Shown here: one piece after another, positions 1-12,182 of the stretch
Layout of the letters: each line of letters begins with the position of its first letter
Position numbering within the stretch: position 1 is the first letter of the stretch
From: Anthoceros angustus
Taxonomy: Eukaryota; Plantae; Anthocerotophyta
Reading direction: 5' to 3'
Length of the DNA stretch: 64,000 nucleotides
NCBI GenBank assembly: GCA_010909165.1
Contig: VJWM01000118.1
Location: 434,001 to 498,000, forward strand
Translations under genes and position numbers: made by a program
The notes under the pieces: generated by a model
What the model was told of the DNA's origin: nothing
Databases searched by the model: none
The model's input: only the letters and a program-made list of their open reading frames with translations

Positions 1-2330
1 CGGACTCTGCAATGCCCCTGCAACTTTCCAACGAGTGGTAAACAGTATCTTTAGAGATTTTCTTCGCAAGTTCATGGAAGTGTTTCTTGACGATTTTTGT
101 GTCTTTGGGAGGCAACACTCACATTGGGAACATCTGGGCCGGTGTTTTCAACGTTGCCGTGAGACCAACCTAAAACTTCACCCAGGAAGTGTTTTTTCGG
201 GATGACGGAGGGGATTCTCCTCGCTCATCGAGTTTCAGCACGAGGACTCCAAGTGGACATGGAGAAAGTCAAGGTGATCGCAGAGATGGATGCACCTGAC
301 AACAGGCGGTCGAGCTTTCATAGGGTTAGTCGGCTATTACAGGAGATTCACAAAGATTTTGCAAGAAGGCAGCCGTCCTAACCCACTCACAAAGAAGGAC
401 GAGCATTTGAGTGGACGGAAAGAGAAGAAGCGTTTCAACAACTAAAGAGGAGTTTGGTGGAGGCACCCACCTTGAGACCACCAAATTGGGAACAGCCATT
501 TCACGTGTACGTGGATGTGTCTGCGTATGCGCTTGGGGCTGTTCTGAGCCACAAGGACGAAGAGAAGAGGGATCATCCTATCTTCTACGCAGGCACGTAG
601 TTGATTGACGCGGAGAGAAACTATTCTACGACTGAGAGGGAGGCGTTGGGAATCATCTACGCATGCAAGAAGTTTAGCCACTACCTCTTGGCCTGCAAGG
701 TAACCTTCCACGTTGATCATTTTGCGTTGAAGTACCTAGTGAACAAGCCGGATTTGTTGGGACCAATTGCTCGATGGATTTTTTTGCTGCAAGAATTTGA
801 TTTTGATGTTGAGACGTGAGCGGGTAAGAGACACATCAACGCGGATTTCATCTCGAGGTTGAGAACAATCGGAAAGGTCCGGAGACGGACGATAGGTTTC
901 TGACGAGGAGTTGGTCGCGATCACAGAGGATGAAGAGGAAGTTACGAACAGCGATAGTGAGCCCGAGAGCAGGGGCGGCAGAGGGTGTACAGTGGTCCAA
1001 CACACCGGATCCTAATCGCCGCGGAGGGAAGTTCGATCGACTTCGTGGACCGACGGAGCAAGAGGAGTTGAAGGCCTTACTAAGGAAGTACATAGATGTA
1101 TTTGCCTTTAAGGTCATCGATATGACTGGGATTCTGAGCTAGGAATCCATCGCATTGACCTCAAGGAGGGAAGCACGCCGAGTGAAGCAAGACTGCCTCA
1201 ATCCCAAGTACTCCATGGTTGTGAAGGACCAATTGGACCAAGATTAGAGGTGGGGTGATTTATCCGGTTCTCACCAGCGAATGGGTGGCGCCCATCGTGG
1301 TGGTTCCCAAGAAGCAACAAGGCAAGGTTCGTGTTTGTCAAGATTTCGTGAGGCTCAACGGTGAAAGAAGGACCACCATCCACTACCCTTCATGGATAGC
1401 GTTTTGGACACGGTGGCGGGTCATGAAATGCAGCTTCCTAGATGGCTATTCGTTACAATCAAATCACGCCACGCAAGGAGGATCAAGACAAGACCACTTT
1501 CACCACGGATTGGGGACGCCACGCCAAGCTTCCATTCGGACTGCAATGCCCCCGCAACTTTCCAACGAGTGGTAAAGATCTTTAGAGATTTTCTTCGCAA
1601 GTTCATGGAAGTGTTTCTTGACGATTTTTGTGTCTTTGGGAGGCAACACTCACATTGGGAACATCTGGGCCGGTGTTTTCAACGTTGCCGTGAGACCAAC
1701 CTAAAACTTCACCCAGGGAAGTGTTTTTTCGGGATGACGGAGGGGATTCTCCTCGCTCATCGAGTTTCAGCACGAGGACTCCAAGTGGACATGGAGAAAG
1801 TCAAGGTGATCGCAGAGATGGATGCACCTCGGACAGTCAGGCAGGTCAGAGCTTTCATAGGGTTAGTCGGCTATTACAGGAGATTCACAAAGATTTTGCA
1901 AGAAGGCAGCCGTCCTAACTCACTCACAAAGAAGGACGAGCATTTGAGTGGACGGAAAGAGAAGAAGCGTTTCAACAACTAAAGAGGAGTTTGGTGGAGG
2001 CACCCACCTTGAGACCACCAAATTGGGAACAGCCATTTCACGTGTACGTGGATGTTCAGATGCGCTTGGGGCTATTCGAGCCGAAGGACGAAGAGAAGAG
2101 GGATCATCCTATCTTCTACGCTGCGCTTGATCGACGCGAGAGAAATTACTCTACGATCGAGAGGGAGGCGTTGGGAATCATCTACGCATGCAAGAAGTTT
2201 CGCCACTACCTCTTGGCCTCGCAAGGTAACCTTCCACGTTGATCATTTTGCGTACCTACCTAGTGAACAAGCCGGATTTGTCGGGAAGAATTGCTCGATG
2301 GATTCTTTTGCCGCAAGAGTTTGATTTTGA
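1..2330 (+). pseudogene. Reverse transcriptase/RNaseH, present twice (1-~1058 and ~1060-2580)
   Basis: Bases 1-~1058 repeat at ~1537-2581; ORFs 601-819 and 1392-1982 carry RT/RH motifs. Confidence 0.85.
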
Positions 2331-2789
2331 TGTTGAGACGCGAGCGGTAAGAGACACATCAACGCGGATTTCATCTCGAGGTTGAGAACAATCGGAAAGG
2401 TCCGGAGACGGACGATAGGTTTCTGACGAGGAGTTGGTCGCGATCACAGAGGATGAAGAGGAAGTTACGAACAGCGATAGTGAGCCCGAGAGCAGGGGCG
2501 GCAGAGGGTGTACAGTGGTCCAACACACCGGATCCTAATCGCCGCGGAGGAAGTTCGATCGACTTCGTGGACCGACGGAGAGACGCCTAACGACGAGATA
2601 GCGAAGCAGAGCGAATCAGGACGTGCCATGAGTCCTCAACCAAGATCAGCAAGGAGCCGTGGTTTCCACAAGGCGCAACGCGCGGTTTCAAGGGATAGAG
2701 AAGGGCGACTGCAAGGCAAGGCGCTAATGGGAGAAGTTCAAGATTCGGAGTTAGGAATCATGCCCAATGGATTGAGTAGGGAAGGACGA

Positions 2790-4950
2790 GCGCTTTTCTT
2801 CATAAGGTAGCCTCATCGCTTGAGGAATGGAATCTTGTACAAGATGGGGGCGGATGAGAAGATACGAAGGTGTCTGGAGCCTTGAGAGGCAGTTTTGGTG
2901 ATTGAGGCTTTACATGCGGAGGAGGCAGGGGGTCATTACTCGGTGCAGGTCACGATTAAGAAGATTTTGGATACAGGCTTTTGGTGGACTACCATGCAAC
3001 GTGATGTTTGGGATTCTATTAGGAGATGCGACGCGTGTCAGCGTGTAGGGAGGCCGACACTGTCCACACAGTGGCCACTGACCTACATTCTGCCACTCGC
3101 TCCTTTTGAGAAGTGGGGAATCGACTTTGTTGGGCCGATTCGCCCACCTACCGTGGACTAAGCAATACATATTGGTGGCCACCGACATCGCACCAAGATG
3201 GTAGAGGCGGAGGCGACAAGGAAGGATGACGCCCGACAATGCAAAATTTTGTTTGAGAACATCATCACACGTATGGTTGTCCCTTGAGTTGGTGAGTGAC
3301 CGAGGAACTCACTTCTTGAACATCCATTGAGTCGTTGACCAGCTACTTCAACATACGACACCGCAAGACAACGCCTTACAACCCGAAGGCAAATGGCCTC
3401 ACGGAGAAGACCAACGGATTGCTGGGTACCATTTTGACTAAGGTAACTGTCACACACACACGAAGCTTCATTCAGCACTTTGGGCATATCGGACAGCTGA
3501 GAAGGTAACCACGAAACGAACGCCCTACTATCTGACCTACGGGATGTCACCAGTGTTACCAATTGAGTTTGAGATTCCAACACATCGAATCATGGAGGAC
3601 GTAAGGATGACTGTGGAGGACAGTCAAACGGCGCGATTGGAGGCTTTCGCGACTTATGAGGAGGACCGAGAAGAGGCACTTGAGGAGACCTACAAGATCC
3701 AAGAACAACGGAAGCATCGACATGACGGAAAGCTTCGAAAGAGAGAAGTGATTGTGGCTGGAGATTTTGGTGTTGCCGTATGACCGATACTTAGATTTTC
3801 CAGAAAGTTGAGATTGAGGTGGATGGGACCCTACAAGGTTGAGGAGGTGTATGAGAATGGGTCTCACCGCGAGTCTTGGATGGAGACCTCCGCCAACGCG
3901 AGTGAATGGCTGGAAGGTCAATTACGACAAGAGTGTTACACTTTATGAGTCGGATGGTTGCAGAGGGGGGGGGGACGCAAACAAGTGGGAAGGGGGGCAT
4001 GTGGAACGCCAAATTTTGGGTCCACGGTTGGAAGAGGGGCGGATGCCTCTTAGTTTTGTTCATATTAGTTAGGTTTTATTTTTCTTTTTTTTCTTTTTCT
4101 CACCAACAGAACACTGACGGGAAGACAGCAACAAGGAGTGGCAAGTGGAGAAGCGGGCGGACAGGATTTGCAGTCCCCCGACTGGACGGACAGAAAGGAG
4201 GAAAAACAGGATTCAAAACGGGTCCAACGGACAGAAAGGACGGAGGTCCGGGAAAGTTTACGCGCGAGAGGAAGGTTCGCGGAAGGCCGAACCTGCCAAG
4301 AAGGAGGGCTGGTGCCGGGCCTAGTGGCGGCGGCGCGAGTCACGCCCAGAACATGGTAAAGTCCTTACTCCACCGGAAGACGCCGAGAAGGGTCTTCGCG
4401 AGTTGCGACACCGCAAGACAACGCCTTACAACCCGAAGGCAAATGGCCTCACGGAGAAGACCAACGGATTGCTGGGTACCATTTTGACTAAGGTGACTGT
4501 CACACACATGTATGACTGGGACACGAAGCTTCATTCAGCACTTTGGGCATATCGGACAGCTGAGAAGGTAACCACGAAACGAACGCCCTACTATCTGACC
4601 TACGGGATGTCACCAGTGTTACCAATTGAGTTTGAGATTCCAACACATCGAATCATGGAGGACGTAAGGATGACTGTGGAGGACAGTCAAACGGCGTGAT
4701 TGGAGGCTTTCGCGACTTATGAGGAGGACCGAGAAGAGGCACTTGAGGAGACCTACAAGATCCAAGAACAACGGAAGCATCGACATGACGGAAGCTTCAA
4801 AGAGAGAAGTGATTGTGGCTGGAGATTTTGGTGTTCTTTTGTGATACTTAGATTTTCCAGAAAGTTGAGATTGAGGTGGATGGGACCCTACAAGGTTGAG
4901 GAGGTGTATGAGAATGGTCATGGAGACCTCTCCATTGCGAGTCTTGGATG
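2790..4950 (+). pseudogene. Retroviral-type integrase, with its C-terminal half duplicated (~3355-3900 and ~4385-4950)
   Basis: GGHYS zinc-binding region, WGIDFVGP, NGLTEK, LRLRWMGPYKVEEV. Confidence 0.85.
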
Positions 4951-5734
4951 GAGACCTCACACATGAGATTTTGGATGGATGTCATGAAGGTCATGTACTT
5001 TGGGCCCTTGGTTTGGTGGACGCAAACAAGTGGGAAGGGGCATGTGGAACGCCAAATTTTGGGTCCACGGTTGGAAGAGGCGGATGCCTCTTAGTTTTGT
5101 TCATATTAGTTAGGTTTTATTTTTCTTTTTTTCTTTTTCTCCTGTAACAACGGAAGACAACAAGGAATGGCAAGTGGAGAAGCGGGCGGGATTTGCAGTC
5201 CCATGGGCCAGACGAAAGGAGGAAAAACAGGATTCAAAACGGGTCCAACGGACAGAAAGGACGGAGGTCCGGACAGGAGGTCCGGGAAAGTTTACGCGCG
5301 AGAGGAAGGTTCGCGAAAGGCCGAACCTGCCAAGAAGGAGGGCTGGTGCCGGGCCTAGTGGCGGCGGCGCCAGGTCACGCCCCATTCAAGCAGTCCGGAC
5401 ATGCAGCGGGAGTAAAGTCCTTACTCCGGTGCCGAGAAGGGTCTTCGCGAGTTGCGGGCGCACGCAATTTCCAGACGGTCGAGCGAGCTTGGAGGTGGTG
5501 CGCGAGCCGAGCAGTGCGAAAGGAGGAAGAGGCACACACCAAGGAGGAGCGATGCATGCATATATAGAGAAATCGCCCTGGCGCCGGAGGAAGAAATCGT
5601 CCTTGGCCTTCGGTGGTTGAGGAATTCCAAACGTCCGCTGAAGGGGAAAAGGTCCTTGGCCTTCGGACAGGGGAAATTTCGTCCTTGGCCTTTGGGGTGT
5701 GGAAAATCCTTCCTCACCCTATATATGTAAGTAG

Positions 5735-6628
5735 AGGGGGAGGCTGAGGCTGCTCAAGCCAAGAATGAAGAACTGGAGGCCAAACTCAAGGAGCTGGAGG
5801 GAGGACAGGCCACATGGAGTAAGGAGCGTGAGGAGCTCATGAAGCAAGCAACGGAGGCTGACCAACGGTGGAAGGAAGAGGTAGCCCACCGGAGGAAAAT
5901 GATGCATCGCATGCTGGTCGCCAGGAAGCAACGCTTTCAGGCTGATTATGCATGGCAGCAAGGGATACTGGAGGCATGGAAGAGAGATGCCGCCGAGAAT
6001 GTCACTTTACAGCTTCGTTTGAGTGAGGTGACGCTTGAGAGGGATGCGCTATGGTAAGATAGCCTCAGGAGAGTGGCCTGAGGAATTTGATGAGATTTGT
6101 TTGAAGGGCCAGGAGATGCAGGTCCACTTACATGCTAGGGTCAACAAGTTCGCCAAGGAGATGCGTTCCTTGTTGACAAGGAAGTTGTTGGGTCCCCACG
6201 ATGACGACAGGAAGATTTTGGAAGAATTGCGACCCTCAACTTCGGAGATTCAGGACTTGGAGAGTGAAATGGATGCAGAAGGCTCAATGTGGGAGGAGCC
6301 AATGGAAGAGGAAGAGATTTCCAGCAGGCCGGTAGAGTTGGTGGGGGTGTCTGGCGGCAGGACAGGAGCTGCACCAACACCCAACCGCCTGGAGGTAATT
6401 GCAGCGGCGGCTGTACAGATGGCTACAGAGAGGCCAGTGCCTCTACAAGAGCGCCCTGCAAGAGGGGGTGGCGTTCCAGCTGCCTCAACAGTCAACATCA
6501 CCGAGACAGGTGTGGAGGTTCCTGTCGTGACGATGAGTGAAGAGATCCGGACAGGGGACAGTCCCCAAGCCAAGAGGAGGAAGACGGTGGTTGGGCGCCT
6601 GGCCATGCCAACACCCAAGAAGAAGTAG
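5735..6628 (+). CDS. Accessory coiled-coil/acidic ORF downstream of integrase (frameshifted)
   Basis: ORFs 5839-6057 and 6035-6628 are E/K/R-rich and helical, ending in a basic PTPKKK; located between pol and the LTR. Confidence 0.5.
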
Positions 6629-6668
6629 GCAAATAGTTGGTAGGGGAGTGAATGGGTCATTAAGACCC

Positions 6669-7183
6669 CTAGGGGGTTAGTGGGATTGTTAGGAGGTAGG
6701 TTAAGAACCTTTAAGAGGCCACCTACTTAAAGAAGCAACCCCACCTACCCCACGACTTAATTAATGCTAGGGGTTAGTGGGATTGTTAGGAGGTAGGTTA
6801 AGAACCTTTAAGAGGCCACCTACTTAAAACCATAAGCAACCCCACCTACCCCACGACTTAATTAATGCTAGGGGTTAGTGGGATTGTTAGGAGGTAGGTT
6901 AAGAACCTTTAAGAGGCCACCTACTTAAAACCATAAGCAACCCCACCTACCCCACCACTTAATTAATGCTAGGGGTTAGTGGGATTGTTAGGAGGTAGGT
7001 TAAGAACCTTTAAGAGGCCACCTACTTAAAACCATAAGCAACCCCACCACCCCACCGACTTAATTAATGCTAGGGGTTAGTGGGATTGTTAGGAGGTAGG
7101 TTAAGAACCTTTAAGAGGCCACCTACTTAAAAACCATAAGCAACCCCACCTACCCCACCAGAGTTAATTAATGCTAGGGGTTT
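6669..7183. repeat. Tandem array of ~101-bp units (5 full plus a partial)
   Basis: CTAGGGG(G)TT starts at ~6669, 6767, 6868, 6969, 7070, 7174. Confidence 0.95.
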
Positions 7184-7223
7184 GGGGAGCTCCTATAAGA
7201 GGGGAGGAGCTCCCATAATAAAA

Positions 7224-8199
7224 TGTCATGCCTTGCTCTCGACTGTGTGCTTGTCTTGCTACACGCGTGCACTGCAGAGGGGTGCATGGTGTCCGTAGGG
7301 TCTTGAGGTGCGGTGACTGTGGTGAGGGCGGGCCCAAACCTTTCTTCTGGAGGTAGCAGCTGGGTAGCGTTCGAGCGGTGAGGGAGCGGCATTGTGGTTG
7401 CGAACGGTGCATGCGACCGGAAGGAAGACCCTAGCAAAATCCAAAGACGCGGACGCCACTTGCGCCAAATGTCGCCTAGGTCCGTGAGGGCAATGCCCTA
7501 TGATCCGAGGCGCTTCCGGGAGGCTGTGAGGGGCGCCTGTACGAGATAGTTAGCTAGGAAGAGTGGAAGAGGTAGATTAGAGAAGAGAGGAGAAGAGAGG
7601 AGAAAAGAGAGAAAAGAGAAAAGAAAAGAGAGAGCGAGAGAGTGAGAGCGAGAGAGGACGAGAGAGGAGCTAGAGAGGATAGGGAGCAAGAGAGGAGAAG
7701 GAAGGAGCAAGAGAGAAAAGAGAAAAGACAAAAGAGAAGAGAGGAGGACGAAACCTAGAAAAGAGAGGGAAGGTGGAATTTCAAGGGTCAAGAGCTTGAG
7801 GGGCGGCCCCAAATTTGTCATGAGAAGGGTCTTAGGGAGTGTAGGAACCGCTACTGGTGGGAGGATTGCCCATGACGGTGATTTGGGGGTCCCAAGGTCG
7901 CCGCATTGGGCGTGCCTCGCGAGAGGTCCGCCGACGAGTCATCGCGCGAGGGTAGTGTGACTTACCGAGGGTGGGTCACCGGGCGGTAGGAGGGGCGCTA
8001 GTCACCGGGCGCCTGCAGGGAGTCAGAGAGTCGAGAGGCCGGGTGAGGGGCGCACCTCCATCCGTGCGGGAAGGGCTCCCCACTCCTTCGTGGGAACGAA
8101 ACCTACTGTACGAACCGACAGTGGGATAAGTGTGGCCGCTACAGGGCTGAGGGTTCCGGGGGTCCCGGGAACCTACCACCACAATCTGGCCTCATCACA
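7224..8199 (+). repeat. Candidate 3' LTR containing a GA-rich tract (~7560-7770)
   Basis: Starts TGTCATG and ends CATCACA (6/7 inverted match); purine tract AAGAGGGGAGGAG shortly upstream; no second copy in the window. Confidence 0.5.
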
Positions 8200-11100
8200 G
8201 CTACCAGGCGAATTCAGTCATAGCTAGCAGATGCCACAAGCACATAGTGAGACTCGAGTCCCACCAAGTCGCAAGGCAGCGGAAATCCAACCCCATGCCA
8301 GATATCATTGATGTATTACACAGCCTGCAGCGATTCCAAGGCGATCGGTAGAAAGTCTCTATAATGCCACCAGCATTTCTGCCAACAATGGGCACTCCTC
8401 TTTATTTGTCCCAATTAGATTAGTAACTAGATCCCATTCTGATCAATATGGCAGTCCATCAGCCAAGCACGTCATGGCCACAAACCACATGCTCCATGAC
8501 CGAGATTGCTCAGTAGCTGAGTTCGAGGTCTCCAGTCTCCAAAACATCTAGTAGCTCATTGTTTTGAGGTATCCACTCCAAGAAGATTTTTATAGCCCTC
8601 TTGAAGCCCAAGGGTCCAATTCCTTAAAATTGGAATAATGAGATTTGTGGCAAATGTGAGTAGGTTAGCCAAGATAGAGAACACACAATCATGTCCATTG
8701 GTTAACCACCTATGCTTCAATTTATGCTGTTCAAAAATTCCCACGAGGTAGGGGAGACCAAAGTCTTGGTCCACCGAAATCTCATGGAGTATGCTTTCCA
8801 ACTGAAATTGAATGTTGCTCAGGATATTCACGATAGGCAACTAAGTGCCATCTTTCAGTCAAGGTGAAAAGTGCGGATCACAGAGTCATTTCAAGGATTT
8901 CCTGACATAGAAGGTGCATTGAAAATAGACTGTGATGTTGGCTTTATCAAAGCCAGAACAATAGAGGTGGTTAAGGAGCCATGAGAGCTCATCCTTTGCG
9001 CATGAGTTTTCCAGCACATGAGTCCTACCATGGAACCAAAGTTTTTGGTGCCTCTTCCACCTCAAAGCCTCCTAATGGACTACGGAGAGCCAAACTCTGG
9101 TGCCATCCCTGATGATTTGGTGTTGCCCTATCGCATGTTGCTCTTTAACAAGGCTGAATGGCAACTAGTGAAGCGATGCCAATGCTAGTTTCGTTCACAC
9201 GTTGTACTATAATAGACTGTTGGAATATTTGCAAATGAAAAAGTTGTTGATGCAGCTTGTCTTGGAAACTACCTTTGGATGGAGACATATATGGTGCCTC
9301 CTTGAGGCAAGAGTTGTATAAGCCTCGGAGAGTTTTTGTGGATTTCCTTTTGAACGTGGAGATAGTGTGCCCGGAGACACTTGCGTGTGCCCATCACAAA
9401 AGCGCTTCCAAGCTTTTGTGGATCCTTTAACCTTGGATCCCAATGATGGGGTGGCTCATGTCCGCACTGCTGATTTTGCTCTGATGAGGGATCGTATCCT
9501 CCAAGCACAGCTTAGTATGGGACTAAACCAGATTCCCCTTGCCTCCCCCAATATCCCTGATGTTGTGGAGAGCGTTTTGGATTCTTTTGCACAACTTGTA
9601 GAAAATTTCTTGGCACATGGGTGCAATTTCTTGGATGAGCATGTCTTTTTGGCTCAAAATTGGCTGCATTCACAGTGCTTTCAATCTTTGAGACAAGCCA
9701 AAAAACTGCAGCCCAGACCATGAATATATTATTTTTTAGTCAAAACCTTAGGGTGATCTTTGTGTGTCTCTATCAATCCACAACATCAGCCAGCCCATAC
9801 CGATTCAATAGAGTTTATATCTTTATTCTTGTCGAACCAACAAATTACAGTGATGCATTTCCGCAACTAGGCACTCTGAGCAATAGAATGGTTTGGATGT
9901 TGTTAGGTTGCTGATTGCTAATTGACATAAGGGCCGACCTCGCCCCTTTAAGCTGCCTTCTTTGCTTGAAACTCAACCTTCCAAAGATGTTGTGGCTCGT
10001 CCTTATCCACTTTGATAATGTTGCCGGTGCGACAACGAATGTAGTCCCCCAAACTGAGGACTGCATGCGTGCTCGACCATGGTGGACTTAACGACATTGC
10101 AAGGGGATCGGTATAGATTGCTTCTCGTTTCCTCATACATTTATGAGATGGCATCACCGCAAATTTTCTTTGTAATCATAATCATTTTCTTATACATTTT
10201 TCCTTATAGTAAGATGTTTCCAGCTTGAATGTTTCTCCGGCTTTTTATCAATCTATGGCCGCTTTTTAGATTTACATGTTTTCTTTTTGAATGCAGGATA
10301 CATGTTTCCATTGTGATCATTATCATTTTCTTAGAAATGTTTTCCACCTTGTGCTTTCCAGCTTTAATTTATATGTTTTTGTTGCTTTTTCATGGTTAAA
10401 CTGGTCTCCTACTTCACATGTTTACTTTTTTAATTCAAATTTATTCTCTGGCAAATTTTTCTCATCAATCACGTGCTTTTTGTAACATGGAAACCCATCC
10501 TTTTCACATGTAACAGCATAATATTTGTAAGGGTGGAATATACAATGCCCCTTCTCGGAGATTTGCAACTGTGTGGTAACTTTGGTCCCGTATCTATACA
10601 ACCTTTGTAGCGGATGTACTTTTTTGAGGTGGTGGGTGCAACCTAGATATGTTCTGTGAGTCACAGGTACTTTCCCGCGGATGCACACGAAGGAATGTTG
10701 TCGGGGAATGGTGTTAGGGCCCTACACCCTACTTTTTATTAAAAGGACGCTGGCATACTAGTGCCTTGTTTCTATTCTGCATCAAAGAACACATGGTTAT
10801 GGGAAGTCGGTATTAAAAAACAAATGTCCTCAAAGCTGGTACCCTTCTATAATGCAAGGATACCCCATGAGGCCCATGTGGACTAAGACTTAGTGGGGCG
10901 CTGTCATTCTGGCGCGACGCCCACCTCACTCCCCACAGCCTTGCTATGACCTCCTGAGGTGACACACGGGGTTCTTGTAACAATGCAAACCCTATGCATT
11001 TGATCTTGGATGAATGACCAGCTCATCTTCATAAGTAGATACCTTGCTTTTTTCACAATGCATTGCACATATGGCGTCCTTATATGGGCATTACTTTACC

Positions 11101-12182
11101 TTCATCCCATGGTTATTCCCCCATCCTTACCGGAATCCAATGCATATATAGTGGCTGCTGGGTAATCCGTTTTGCTTCCATTATTTAGGTCTTTTTCTGG
11201 CTCGACGCATGAGAAAAGCCATTTTGAGCCTAAAAAAAACCCTCTTTGGTGTATAATAGGATCAAAGGCCGCTCATGTAAATTCCACCATTTCAAATATT
11301 ATGTTGGTATATATATATTTTTAATTCAAGATAATTTTCTAACATAATTCCCTCGTTCATAACATGCTAACCCATCCTTTTCATTATAACATGCTTTCCA
11401 CTGTTTATCCATTACGATTTAACCCCAAAGCGTTCACGCTCTCAGACAGTTGTGGTCTCACATGGTGAACTAGCGCGAGGAAACCGGCGTGCCCAACAAA
11501 AATAACTACCTACAACCACATATATAGTTCTTTCTTTTTTCCAGATTTCCCCTTTGACGAATAGCAACATAGGTACTCCGGTTTTTTAAAGCTCCATTAA
11601 AATATTCATATTCATATTTTTAAATTATTATTATATTAATTCATACCTACGCTATCAAATAAGTGTATTTGTGAGTAGGCACTACATCAACAGCAAGGAA
11701 AACTGTAGAAGCGACAAAGTTGATGGAAATGTGCGGCAAAGAATCCAGAAACTAAATTATCTAATCACGTCATATATTTTTACATACTCAGTGGCACCGG
11801 ACGATCCTGCGAGGACGCTCGCTATGAGTTTCATGGTGTAGGACCCTCTCTATGAGTTTCATGGTCTAACTAAGTGAACCAGAAGTGTAAGCTGATCAGC
11901 TGATCCGTTGAAGTCTGTGAGTATGATGATCCAACTCCAAGTCTGGAGCGTTACGATTGAGGCCAGCAGAAGCCAAAGAGGTCCATAATGGGGGCAGCTT
12001 TGGTGGACCCAAGAAAGTGGTGGGTTAACTTTGATTGTAGGAAGAGCTCCCGCTGGCCACTGTGTGGGTGTACGAGGCAAATTAAGGAGAATGAACATTT
12101 CTGGATCCGGAAGGTCCTCTGGTTGAACAAGGGCTGCAAGCCAGCTTGGGTGTTTGCGAAGCTTCGAGTCTTAGGTGTGGAG

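Larger units (their letters stand above)
1..8199 (+). mobile_element. Ty3/Gypsy LTR retrotransposon (non-chromovirus type), 3' part: RT-RNaseH-integrase, extra 3' ORF, tandem array, candidate 3' LTR
   Basis: RT motif VFLDDFCVFG, RNaseH FHVYVD...NYSTTEREALGIIYACKKF, integrase EKWGIDFVGP and YNPKANGLTEKTN in Gypsy domain order; many frameshifts. Confidence 0.9.

Noticed and set aside
7498-7821. Hydrophobic Leu/Ser/Phe ORF resembling a membrane protein
   Set aside because: It is the antisense translation of a GA-rich low-complexity tract
8200-11850. Possible Harbinger transposase or LINE remnant (e.g. QGFPDIEGAL, LWRAFWILL)
   Set aside because: Only isolated short resemblances among many stops; no ordered catalytic motifs, so left unassigned
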